A DNA stretch of 63,401 nucleotides, the filler included, from Trichomonas gallinae (Eukaryota), in NCBI GenBank assembly GCA_008369845.1. It is 7 parts of 7 records of this genome, joined end to end, with 100 filler letters (N's around TTAATTAATTAA, not from the genome) between each part and the next. Parts side by side here need not be neighbours in the genome. Positions count along the whole stretch, not along the records: positions 1 to 21,753 come from MRSU01001023.1; 6 more parts are not named here. One strand, given 5' to 3'. Positions 10,141 to 19,649 of the stretch are shown here, piece by piece; within the stretch, counting starts at the first letter, position 1; each line of letters begins with the position of its first letter. Under the pieces are notes generated by a model, which was given only the letters and a program-made list of their open reading frames with translations, made no database searches and was not told the DNA's origin. A program made the position numbers and the translations under genes.

Positions 10141-10551
10141 ATGGAAAAAGAAGAGATGCCTCTTCCTTATATAAAAGCTTTGACAAACGAAATCAAAGAA
10201 ACAAAGCAGATCATCGCAGAAGCTCAGAATCACATGTATTACAGGAAGCACGAAAACCAAAAATATTATGAGCCTGCGACGGTCTTGTTAAATAGCGTTA
10301 AAAATACTCGTCAAGAATTTATTAACCGAGCAGATGCTGTCATTAACATGATTAATAATGAAACGCAACAACTTTTAGAATTAAAAGAACAAAACGCTAA
10401 AAATGCATTACAATTACAAAAGAGCGCTGAAATCATCAAATCAAACACTGATCCAGAGTCTGACCAACCAGTTGGCATTGCTGTCAGAGCTATTGGAGTA
10501 ATGTTCCCATTTATTGTTTTTGGATTGTATTCAATTTGTTTTAAGGAATAA
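10141..10551 (+). CDS. Hypothetical coiled-coil protein with C-terminal TM (tail-anchored)
   Basis: First ATG at 10141 (track starts at GTG 10129). Heptad-rich body ending in hydrophobic IGVMFPFIVFGLYSICF. Confidence 0.7.
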   Translation: MEKEEMPLPYIKALTNEIKETKQIIAEAQNHMYYRKHENQKYYEPATVLLNSVKNTRQEFINRADAVINMINNETQQLLELKEQNAKNALQLQKSAEIIKSNTDPESDQPVGIAVRAIGVMFPFIVFGLYSICFKE

Positions 10552-10807
10552 GCATACAATTATATGTTTGTATTATAAACCAACGAAATATCAAAATAAA
10601 TTTTTTATTTTGAATATATTAACGCTAGAAAGCATTTACTACTTCGATACTATGGCAATACTATTGAAAAACAAATGCTAAATCATACTAATTTCCATTA
10701 ATAGTAAAATTTGAAATAATAAGGCTGTTATCAATGGGTTTTAAAAGCAATATGTATGGTAAATCTATATATTAACTCTTTATAACAACAATTAAAATCA
10801 AAATGAA

Positions 10808-11662
10808 TTATAGAAGATTTTCAAGTTTGGCCGGGTCGAAATCAGTTTGCTTAATGTAAAAGTTGAGAGGACCAAACTTAGACTGACATTTTGGGCATTC
10901 TCTTACATAATTTTCAAGGATTGATAAGCAAACTGGGCAAATGAGTCCGCGGCTGATCATTTTATGTGTATCTGCAGATGGAGCCGAGTATTCGATTTGC
11001 TCACTTGGAGGAAGAACAATTAAATCACGAACAGTTGTAGGTGGTAATGAGAACAAATACTGGACAAGTGCTTTAGTATGGTTTACAGTTTTGGCAAATC
11101 CATGAGTTAAGTCTGCGGCCTGGCTTAAGAAGCAAAGATGATTGCGATTTAAGAAAAGAACATCAATCATAACTTCAACTCTTTTTGCAGCAAACAAAAG
11201 ATTGTCGAATTGAGATCCTGTATCAGGAGATACGGAAAATATAAGAATTCTCTTCTTGGTTTTCTTATTTGGAATTGCATTGATCTGACAAAGCGCTTTA
11301 GAGAGGGCAATATCTAGTCTAACGTGTGGAGTTGGAGGGATATTAGCTGATGCAGCGTTGAATTCTTGAATTCCTGCGATGATATTATTGAAGAAATTCT
11401 TAATTTGTTCTTGGTTTGTCGGATGATATCTTTGATTGACAGTATCTGCTACTTGGCCTGGATTTGGGAAGATAAATTCTGCTTGGCTTTGATTATATGC
11501 GATAATTGCTGGTGGAAGAATTGAATCACTCAAAATCATCTGTTTAAGATACAAAAACAAGTGATTCATGAATTCTCCGAACTTCATTGTATGCATTTTC
11601 TGCCATTCTATCGGATTTAAGTCGATCATTACTGTAAGATATTCATGTTCATTATCACTCAT
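10808..11662 (-). CDS. TFB4: TFIIH subunit Tfb4/p34
   Basis: L.VMIDLNP..W, ALSKALCQIN, RILIFS, FLSQAADLTHG and C-terminal CPVCLSI...CPKC zinc finger. Confidence 0.9.
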   Translation of the reverse strand: MSDNEHEYLTVMIDLNPIEWQKMHTMKFGEFMNHLFLYLKQMILSDSILPPAIIAYNQSQAEFIFPNPGQVADTVNQRYHPTNQEQIKNFFNNIIAGIQEFNAASANIPPTPHVRLDIALSKALCQINAIPNKKTKKRILIFSVSPDTGSQFDNLLFAAKRVEVMIDVLFLNRNHLCFLSQAADLTHGFAKTVNHTKALVQYLFSLPPTTVRDLIVLPPSEQIEYSAPSADTHKMISRGLICPVCLSILENYVRECPKCQSKFGPLNFYIKQTDFDPAKLENLL

Positions 11663-11823
11663 TATCTTTTTTGCTAGAAAAAAGGTGACAAAAAATTGAT
11701 ATTAAAAACGTGACAATATTTGTCAAATTTATTATTTACATGACAAAAATGACATTTATAAAACGTGACATTTAATTAAATCTGATGTAGTAAAAGTGAC
11801 AAATCAAAAGGTGACAGGATTAT

Positions 11824-12444
11824 ATGTGGTTTATAAATACTCCAATTAGTTTTATAATAGTATCATTAGAAATCGGCTTAGGCGTAGCACTGTATATGGA
11901 GAAGCTAGATTTCTATGATATTTATTTCAACAAGTATTTAATACTCGAAAAACATCAATTTTGGAGATTATTTACATCTTGCGCAGTTTACAGCCCAACA
12001 AGGTACAACGACTGGATACAGCTTCTATTTAACGTTAGATATTTGTTCGAAGTCGAGTCAAAGTATTTCACCACTCGACCATTAGACTTTATTATATTCA
12101 TATTATACATATTGGCTGGATTATGGATCTTGGGCTTTTTCTTCCCGATTTCATCCTTTACTAGACTATTTCCAGAGGCATTATTTTATTACGCTCTTAA
12201 GAGGGATCCATTTAATCTGCTTGTGATGTTCGTTATCCCAATGAACGCGTTCTCTTGGATTGGACTCTTACTTATTCTCGAAAATGATTTTTATCAGAGA
12301 ATTGGCATTTTGCTCATCTTTATAATATCCCATATATACTTCTTCCTTCACGATGTTATTAATCTTAAGTTTGAAACTCGCTTCTTCGTGTTGCCAGATT
12401 CACTTAATCTCGGACTTTACAAACTTCTCTCGCTAGGGCACTAA
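11824..12444 (+). CDS. Derlin (Der1-like) ERAD membrane protein
   Basis: KHQFWRLFTS (WR motif), RYLFEVESKYF...DF, SHIYFFLHDV, multiple TMs. Confidence 0.8.
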   Translation: MWFINTPISFIIVSLEIGLGVALYMEKLDFYDIYFNKYLILEKHQFWRLFTSCAVYSPTRYNDWIQLLFNVRYLFEVESKYFTTRPLDFIIFILYILAGLWILGFFFPISSFTRLFPEALFYYALKRDPFNLLVMFVIPMNAFSWIGLLLILENDFYQRIGILLIFIISHIYFFLHDVINLKFETRFFVLPDSLNLGLYKLLSLGH

Positions 12445-12621
12445 ATGTATGTTGTATTAATTGTTTAATAAAATTTGCTTTTATAGAATCAATAAAATCA
12501 AAATAATCAAAAAAAAATTATTGATTTTACATATTCTTTTATAGGGAAAAATCGAACAGAAATTAATATAAATTACAATTTACTATAATACAACATTGAA
12601 TGTTAGATAAAAATATGAGAA

Positions 12622-14289
12622 TTAGAGGTCACCGAGAATAATTTTTGCTTCTTCAATGAGTTCATCGATATCTGGAACTGGAGAAGCTTCATTCCATGCA
12701 GCAGATAGAGTCGATCTGAGATACTCTGGATAATCATCGAAGTTTCCATTCTGGGAGCTGTTAACAATTCTAATGATCTCATCACAAACTGTTTCCTCGT
12801 TCAAAAGCCTTCTAACACTTTCTTCAACTGTAAGTTCTTCGAAAGTTTCATGTTTAACGATTTCTTCGACAATTGGTGCTGTTGATTGAGGGAGAAACTC
12901 AGGAATCTGAGTATTAGGATGGAATGAAGCCATTATATCAGTTATTGGCTGTAAATCATCTGAATTGATGTTTTCTGAGTTTTTCATTGTGTCTAAGATG
13001 AAATTAAGCTTGTTTCCCGATGAATGCTGGATAACTGAGCAGAGAGACTTAATGAGAATCTTTGTTTCTGTGTTTTGCATTGATAATTCTATAAATCCTT
13101 TGATAGACTCTTGCGCTTCGAATGAATCTTCACCTTCAAGGAAGATATCGCCACAACTGATTGAGAAACAGAGAGAAAGCACTTCTGAGAGAACTTCTGG
13201 CTGAATTTGGTCGTTTTTCTCCTGGAAGAAGGCTGTGAGGCATGTTCCAGCAATGTTAAGAAGCTGTGGGGATTGGCTGAACTTAAGCATTGTTTGTGCA
13301 TAGCTTCTGATTATTTCTGATTGATTTTCTGGCATAACTGAATCACTAATCAATTCAATGGCGCCCATCAAGATCTCTATGGCCTCTTCTTCGTTTGCTG
13401 TTGGAGGAATTGCTTTGAATGATGGTTTTGATAGTTCAAAATGTGATTCATTAATAACAGCTTCGCATAAGCTTTGGACTTGGGAATCTGAGCTTGTTGA
13501 GTCATTAATGATCCTCTCTTTTAATGATTCGTCAAGTTTCACCATATTTGAAATTATCTTGATTGCTTGCTCACGGAATTGAGAACCATCATATCCAGCA
13601 TGGAGCAGAACTTGTAATAAAACACTGAATTCTGATGTGCGCTTGATCTCAAGTGTGAAGAATTTATCAAGGAACTGAAACGCGTGATCTGCATTCTTTG
13701 CGTCGCAAATGGCAATAACAAGAGAGCAGTAAAGCACGCAAAAGTCTGTTAATGCAAGAATTTGCTTAGGGTGTGATGTAAATAGCAAATTAAGATGCTT
13801 GAAACCAGAATTGAGTGAGAATGAACCATCTTGGTTAACTATAGTTGTCATAGTTGACTTTCTAGACATTGGGATCCTGCTAACACTGGATATTGATTCT
13901 CTAGAGTTTGTATTCATGAATGAAATCCTTGAAGCTTGTGCTGGGATGAAAGTAGATGGGAAAAGATGTTTGGCAACCTTGTCAGGGAAGTATTCGTTCG
14001 CAATTGACTTGCAATAATTATACAATTGTTCTAATTCTTTTGTGTTTCCAACTATTTTAGCGTGTTCAGAGAGAGATTCTGGAAGTGAACGCTTAGACAT
14101 GCTCGCTCTTGTTGGTTTTATCGTGCATATTTCACTCTTAACTGGTTCAAGCTTCTGAATAACATTATTCTCTGCAGAAGTACGTGTTGTAAGGGCATTT
14201 CTAGATGTGGTCGATCCACTGGCAAACTGGCTTGTAATTGATTTCCTTGGAATTCTAGATGTTGAGAGAGATTCACGTCTTTCAAACAT
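12622..14289 (-). CDS. Hypothetical protein: Ser/Arg-rich N-terminus with two SxIP motifs plus helical-repeat C-terminal region
   Basis: Long ORF; first ATG at 14289 (MFERRESLS). SRIP occurs twice in basic, serine-rich context. Confidence 0.75.
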   Translation of the reverse strand: MFERRESLSTSRIPRKSITSQFASGSTTSRNALTTRTSAENNVIQKLEPVKSEICTIKPTRASMSKRSLPESLSEHAKIVGNTKELEQLYNYCKSIANEYFPDKVAKHLFPSTFIPAQASRISFMNTNSRESISSVSRIPMSRKSTMTTIVNQDGSFSLNSGFKHLNLLFTSHPKQILALTDFCVLYCSLVIAICDAKNADHAFQFLDKFFTLEIKRTSEFSVLLQVLLHAGYDGSQFREQAIKIISNMVKLDESLKERIINDSTSSDSQVQSLCEAVINESHFELSKPSFKAIPPTANEEEAIEILMGAIELISDSVMPENQSEIIRSYAQTMLKFSQSPQLLNIAGTCLTAFFQEKNDQIQPEVLSEVLSLCFSISCGDIFLEGEDSFEAQESIKGFIELSMQNTETKILIKSLCSVIQHSSGNKLNFILDTMKNSENINSDDLQPITDIMASFHPNTQIPEFLPQSTAPIVEEIVKHETFEELTVEESVRRLLNEETVCDEIIRIVNSSQNGNFDDYPEYLRSTLSAAWNEASPVPDIDELIEEAKIILGDL

Positions 14290-14453
14290 TATGATGTGTA
14301 CGTTTAAATTTAACAAATTTTTGACTTTTTGACAAAATAATTTTTGACATTCTGAGGTATAATTTTTGACGTTTTGACATATAAATGTTGATGTTTTTTA
14401 CTACCAGATCTGATTACCATTTAGGCTGTTTTACTGCCGGCCCGGCATGCTTA

Positions 14454-14803
14454 GAAGAAATGATAGAATATAGGCAGATGATAAGTGATAAAAACTTTAT
14501 AATGGAGGATTCTGAAACAGGTGTCAATAACTTAAAAAAAAAAACTGACAACTTGACAATGTAAAGTTTTTTAATTTTGTGCTACAGTCATGATACGTAC
14601 TAGTATTACAAATAGACAATATATATTTGAAATATACATGGCACATGGAAGTATATACCTGAATCATAATCTTTCATTTGATGAAATTATCAAATCAGAT
14701 TTACAAATAATCAGAGAAGTTTAGATTTTGTTTGAAGAAATGATAGAATATAGGCAGATGGTAAGATGTATATACTTAAAAAAGGAGGACACCGAAACAG
14801 GTG
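14454..14803 (+). repeat. Two ~70-bp direct repeats (14454-14523 and 14734-14803)
   Basis: Both begin with identical GAAGAAATGATAGAATATAGGCAGATG and end GGAGGAxxCxGAAACAGGTG; 280 bp apart. Confidence 0.85.
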
Positions 14804-14936
14804 AAGTCAGTATAAAAGTGACAAAAAAGTGATGTGAAATTTTTCCAACCATTGTTATTTCGCTATGTAGATCACGAAAAATCAAAAATTTTCGTTTTTC
14901 AAAAGTTTACAAAAATCTGAAAAGTGACAAAAAGTG

Positions 14937-16943
14937 ATGAGTTCCAATCAGCCTAAAAAGGACCAGACACAAAAGCGCGAGAACCAGAAGGGCGAGCGCC
15001 GCAACAAGGATAACAAGCAAGGAAAGCAACGTCGCCATACAGAGCCACAGAAGCCAACAGTTGAAAAGAGAACAACCAATTCTATCGTTTTATCAACAAA
15101 GGATGGCTCAGCGCCACTCCAAATCACTAAGCAAACTGATGCCACACCAGCACCAATGGTTCAGGTCGTTAAACCAGATTTACCAAAGATTGATTTAGTT
15201 ATGTCTCCAGAAGCCATCAAATTGTCTCAGCAGCGCAGAGCAGCTCATACATATTCTCTTGAAGAGATGAAAGCTCGCAGACACAACAAAGAATTATCAA
15301 ATCCAGATGAGCTTATGAATATCTTCCAGTTCCACGCTGAACTTCAGCTCTACAAGCGTTTTATGATCAATGGAAGCTCAAAGCGCCGCTCTCAAGTTCA
15401 ATCTGCTCATGCTCCAGTTTATCAGCATCGCATTAACTCAATTTTGCTTCAATTCAACGTTAACACCTTCCAGAGTGTTTTCAACGAGCTCTGCTCTCTT
15501 GGTATCAACAGCGATGTCTTCGTTCTTTCTTTCGTCAATGTCGTCTTCAAGCATGCAGTTCTTAATCCACCGCTCGCTGCTCTCTTCTCCCTTCTCGCTC
15601 ACCATATGATCTACGTTATGAAGGGAACACAGTACGCTGACAAGATGCGCAATATGTTCCTCGAGAGATGCAACGAGTCATTTGTTGTTCCAAAGGAGGA
15701 CACAGATAAGTCCACAATGATCCTTCTCTACGGTATCGTTACATTCGCCGGCCACATGATCCGCGATGAAGTCGTTAAATCAGATCTTCTCGGCCAGTGG
15801 TCTTCACAGCTTCTCAAGTCCGGCATTCCAGTCTGCCTCCGCCTCCTCATCGACTTACTCCTCGCTGGAGGCGCTGCAATTATCAAGGGCCACGAAAACA
15901 TTCTCAAGCAGCTCGAAGAAAAGATGAATTCCATCAGCGACGTTAACATCCGCGACCCATACAAGAAGCTCCTCGATCTCGTTAAGGTCACAGAGCCACC
16001 GAAGGTCACAATGCAGAAGGAGCTCAAGGAGCCATCAATGAAGCAGTCTCCATCCATCGATACATCCCTCGACGGCGAGTACAAGAAGCTCTTCAAGCGC
16101 TCAGACTCCATCCCAGTTGATCTCGAGTACTTCCAGGACGAAGCTGATGAAGATCAGGATAACATCGATGGTGCCGTCATGACATTCTTCCTCTCCACGA
16201 ACGTCGACAACTTCATCACAATCTTCCAGGACCTTGGCTACAACAACAGCATCGACTCCGCCAAGGAGCTCCTCCTCGCCCTCAGCAGACAGAACGAGGC
16301 CAACCAGCTCGTCGTCGCTGAGCTCGCCGTCGAACTCATCAAGCAGAAATTCTTCGAGGCTGACACAATCAAGACAGCCATGCGCGAGGTCGCTAGCGAG
16401 AACAAGGAGGACGAAAAGGTCGGCATCTGCATCGCCCACATCTTCGCTCTCCTCGTCAACGAGCAATTCGCATCATTCGACGACTTCGCTCCAATCTTCC
16501 ACGAGATGGACAGCATCTACAAGGCCGTCATCCCACGCTTCTTGTTCTCCATCTCAGAAATGCGCGGTGATATCGCAAACGACATGGCTGAGTCAGAGTT
16601 CTGGTCTCAGCTCAAGTTCATCGAAGACGCAGAAGACAACCTCGACAGAGTTGAAATCCTCAACCTCTGGGAAGTCATCGAGTTCTATCCACAGTTCGAC
16701 GCATTCGAGCGTGTTGCAAAGGCAAAGAGCGCTGATGAAGCTGCTAAGGCAATCTCAGAATACGCTGAGAAAGTCTCTGATGTCGCTCAGTACGTCAATC
16801 TTACAATCGAGGCCCTCACACACTTGCCAGCTGATCAGGGCAAGGCTGCTGCTGCTAAGGCTAAGGCATTCTTCAACAAGAACAAGAATGCAGTCGATCA
16901 GGCAGTCAAGGCGCACGGTGATAAGGCCGCTGCACTCTTCTAA
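14937..16943 (+). CDS. MIF4G-domain protein, eIF4G-like (MIF4G plus MA3-like C-terminal helical region)
   Basis: INSILLQFNVNTFQSVFNEL...FVNVVFKHAVLNPPLAALFSLL aligns with the MIF4G start (ILNKLT...IFEKA..EP). Upstream YSLEEMK resembles a 4E-binding motif. First ATG at 14937. Confidence 0.75.
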   Translation: MSSNQPKKDQTQKRENQKGERRNKDNKQGKQRRHTEPQKPTVEKRTTNSIVLSTKDGSAPLQITKQTDATPAPMVQVVKPDLPKIDLVMSPEAIKLSQQRRAAHTYSLEEMKARRHNKELSNPDELMNIFQFHAELQLYKRFMINGSSKRRSQVQSAHAPVYQHRINSILLQFNVNTFQSVFNELCSLGINSDVFVLSFVNVVFKHAVLNPPLAALFSLLAHHMIYVMKGTQYADKMRNMFLERCNESFVVPKEDTDKSTMILLYGIVTFAGHMIRDEVVKSDLLGQWSSQLLKSGIPVCLRLLIDLLLAGGAAIIKGHENILKQLEEKMNSISDVNIRDPYKKLLDLVKVTEPPKVTMQKELKEPSMKQSPSIDTSLDGEYKKLFKRSDSIPVDLEYFQDEADEDQDNIDGAVMTFFLSTNVDNFITIFQDLGYNNSIDSAKELLLALSRQNEANQLVVAELAVELIKQKFFEADTIKTAMREVASENKEDEKVGICIAHIFALLVNEQFASFDDFAPIFHEMDSIYKAVIPRFLFSISEMRGDIANDMAESEFWSQLKFIEDAEDNLDRVEILNLWEVIEFYPQFDAFERVAKAKSADEAAKAISEYAEKVSDVAQYVNLTIEALTHLPADQGKAAAAKAKAFFNKNKNAVDQAVKAHGDKAAALF

Positions 16944-17394
16944 ACGAATTCCCATTTATTATTATTAGTCTTTTTACTTATTTCATATCATGTGTTTACC
17001 AATTTTCATTATGAATGGAAAGAAACGAATAATCAAAAAAAATCTGATATTAATAATCGGAATGTGCTAAATTTTGATCTGAAACAATCTTCTTCAATGA
17101 TATATTTTTAGAATTTTCAATCTCTATTCATTCAAAAGTTTTTGTTTAAAAAATTAATATATCAGTCGAATTAAGAGATAAATGAATAGAAAATATGGCA
17201 TATAATCTCAATATTTTTTGAAATTTCAAAAATCGAGCAATCATTATTTTGCAATGGAAATTCGCATTACATCTATCAAAATATACTAAATTTGTACTTC
17301 AGCTACATAGAATAAAATCTCGAAAAAAATTGATTTTTCAAAATTTGGATTTTCATTGTTTTGTATTTACATATATGGATTTTTCAGTCAATCT

Positions 17395-17566
17395 ATGCGA
17401 AATATCACTAGAGAACATGTAATAAATTTTCGATATTTTTTTGATTTTTCGAAAATAGTTACTTCATAACTTTGCAGATACATATTTGAATACATAAATC
17501 TAGTAATGCGAAATATCATTATAAAAGGCGCAAAAACAATTCGATATTTTTTGATTTTTTGAAAAT
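17395..17566 (+). repeat. Imperfect ~60-bp direct repeat (period 111)
   Basis: ATGCGAAATATCA...TTCGATATTTTTTGATTTTTyGAAAAT at 17395 and 17506. Confidence 0.6.
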
Positions 17567-17692
17567 GTTCTATCATGATTTTGCAGTCAGAATTGGCATG
17601 TTTGTGTGCCAAGTATAGTGAATTTGCAGCCAAAAACCAAAAAATAATGTTTTGATTCACTTTGACCAACTTACTCTATCGTCCTCAAAATA

Positions 17693-18517
17693 ATGGAAGC
17701 AAGCTTAGGATTCGACTTCTCGAACTACGCTCGTAATGCAGCGCTCGAGCAGAAGCTTGGAAAGATGCAGCACCTGAAGACAGGAACCACAATCGCTGCA
17801 GCTATTTTCGACGGCGGCGTTGTCCTCGGCGCTGATACAAGAGCCACAGCAGGCCCAATTGTCGCTGTCAAAGACGAAATGAAGCTCCACTACATCTCAG
17901 ACAATATTTGGGTTTGCGGAGCAGGAACAGCTGCTGATAATGATAATATCAATGCAGTTATTTCGGGAAAACTTCGCTTATTCCAGATGAATACTGGCTA
18001 CCAGCCACGTGTCGATCAATGCAATAATATTCTTTCGAGCCGTCTCTTCAATTATCAAGGTTATATTCAAGCTGCCCTTATTGTCGGTGGTGTCGACTTC
18101 CAAGGCCCAGCAATTTACGCAATTCATCCACATGGCTCATCTGCAAAGCATCCATTCACTGCTCAGGGCTCTGGCTCTTTGGCTGCTATTTCAGTTCTTG
18201 AAAATAGATGGCGCCAGCACATGAGCGAGCACGACTGTATGGAAATGGTTGCTGATGCTATTTATGCTGGTATTACAAACGATCTTGGCTCTGGTTCCCA
18301 TGTTAATTTATGCGTAATCAAACGTGAAAATCCAGAAGATAAGCTTTCAAAGGTTGGATATAAATTCTATAAGGACTATCGCGTCCCACATGAGAATGAT
18401 AGAAACTACCGCCTCGACAGACCAATTTCTAACATCGAAGTCGAAGTTGTTAAGACAACAGAAAGACCACTTACACTTCCTGATGTACATCTTGAAATTT
18501 TGGATGATACTGCATAA
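17693..18517 (+). CDS. PSMB7: 20S proteasome subunit beta2 (PUP1/PSMB7)
   Basis: GFDFSNY.RN propeptide, KTGTTI with catalytic Thr, GADTRATAGPIVA, GSGSLAA, NDLGSGS. Confidence 0.97.
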   Translation: MEASLGFDFSNYARNAALEQKLGKMQHLKTGTTIAAAIFDGGVVLGADTRATAGPIVAVKDEMKLHYISDNIWVCGAGTAADNDNINAVISGKLRLFQMNTGYQPRVDQCNNILSSRLFNYQGYIQAALIVGGVDFQGPAIYAIHPHGSSAKHPFTAQGSGSLAAISVLENRWRQHMSEHDCMEMVADAIYAGITNDLGSGSHVNLCVIKRENPEDKLSKVGYKFYKDYRVPHENDRNYRLDRPISNIEVEVVKTTERPLTLPDVHLEILDDTA

Positions 18518-18699
18518 AATTCTCTGCTTTTTATTTTTATTCAAAAAAAATTATTCTCAAATTGATTTATCTGGAGTAAAAAATATATATTATCGTAAGG
18601 AAATTAAATCATTTTACACAAATAATTTCGTTAAATAAAAAAAAATTATTAAATATAAAAATACAAACAAAATATTTAGTGAAAAGTTTTGGTGGATGA

Positions 18700-19083
18700 T
18701 CATCTATGGAATAAACCAGTGTGAAGGCTTGTTAAAGCAAGTGCAAATGCATCGAAAAGAGAAAATGGCTCTTTCAGGCGTAAAGTGAATGAACTATCTG
18801 GGTTGCGAACAAATATGCACACTTCTTCGTTTTGTGGAACACATATGAAATTTTTGATCGAAGGAATTGCTTTTAAATCGTGAAAATTCTGAAAATAATC
18901 GCCATTTATGACAATTGGAGGCTTCAGCACAATGACTTTTGGCCTTTCTGGATCTTCAATAGTCATTGTGAAAGCTCTTGGCCCATGGCGGCCCATAAAG
19001 TTTTCATTATACTCTACTGTTATGTTTTGGGCAGGTCCTTTGACTTTGTATATCAATGAAGTAATATTTGATCCAATGTTCAG
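18700..19083 (-). pseudogene. Tubby C-terminal domain fragment, 5' truncated or disrupted
   Basis: Y.EN.MG..GPR, PSIKNF and PFSLFDAFALALTSL match the Tubby domain end. Frame is closed by a stop at 19084-19086; first in-frame ATG (18996) is inside the domain. Confidence 0.6.
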
Positions 19084-19649
19084 TTATAATTTTTGTTTGA
19101 AGCTTGGGATTAACTTCTATTTCCGCTATATCCAAATTTCGACGAATCCTAATATCGAACTTTATCAAATTAATTATATTTTATCATATTTAAAGACTTT
19201 TGATTATATACAATAGGTTTATTGATAATTTGATCATTACGCCCGTAAAGTGTCAATTTGAAATCGTCACTTTTCGTTGTAAATTGTATTTAAAAATATT
19301 TTAAAAATATAATATATACAAAATATATAGATGAGTTTTAATCATTATTGATCAAAAGTGACGAAGTTCACAATTTTACATAATTGTAAAAATCATGATT
19401 TTTAAAAGTGACAATGTTTTCAATTTTCATAATGTTTTAAAATCTAGCTATGCATCTAGTGAGCATTTTTGTTTTTCAAATTTTCGGGTTTGTATTGAAT
19501 TATTTTTTGGAGAAACGAAATTCATTATATAGAATGTACTATAATAGTGTAGTGTAATTTAAATAAATGCCGATGCGTTCTCTCAATGTTTGACCAGTCA
19601 ACTGCTGAAAAAAATATGTTCAATGATATTTCAGCCACTTTACAAGTAA

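Noticed and set aside
16234..16968. 244-aa Ser/Thr-rich overlapping ORF and antisense ORFs in the eIF4G-like gene
   Set aside because: Expected by-product of strong C-ending codon bias; similar shadows occur in GlyRS, SAHH and H2A.
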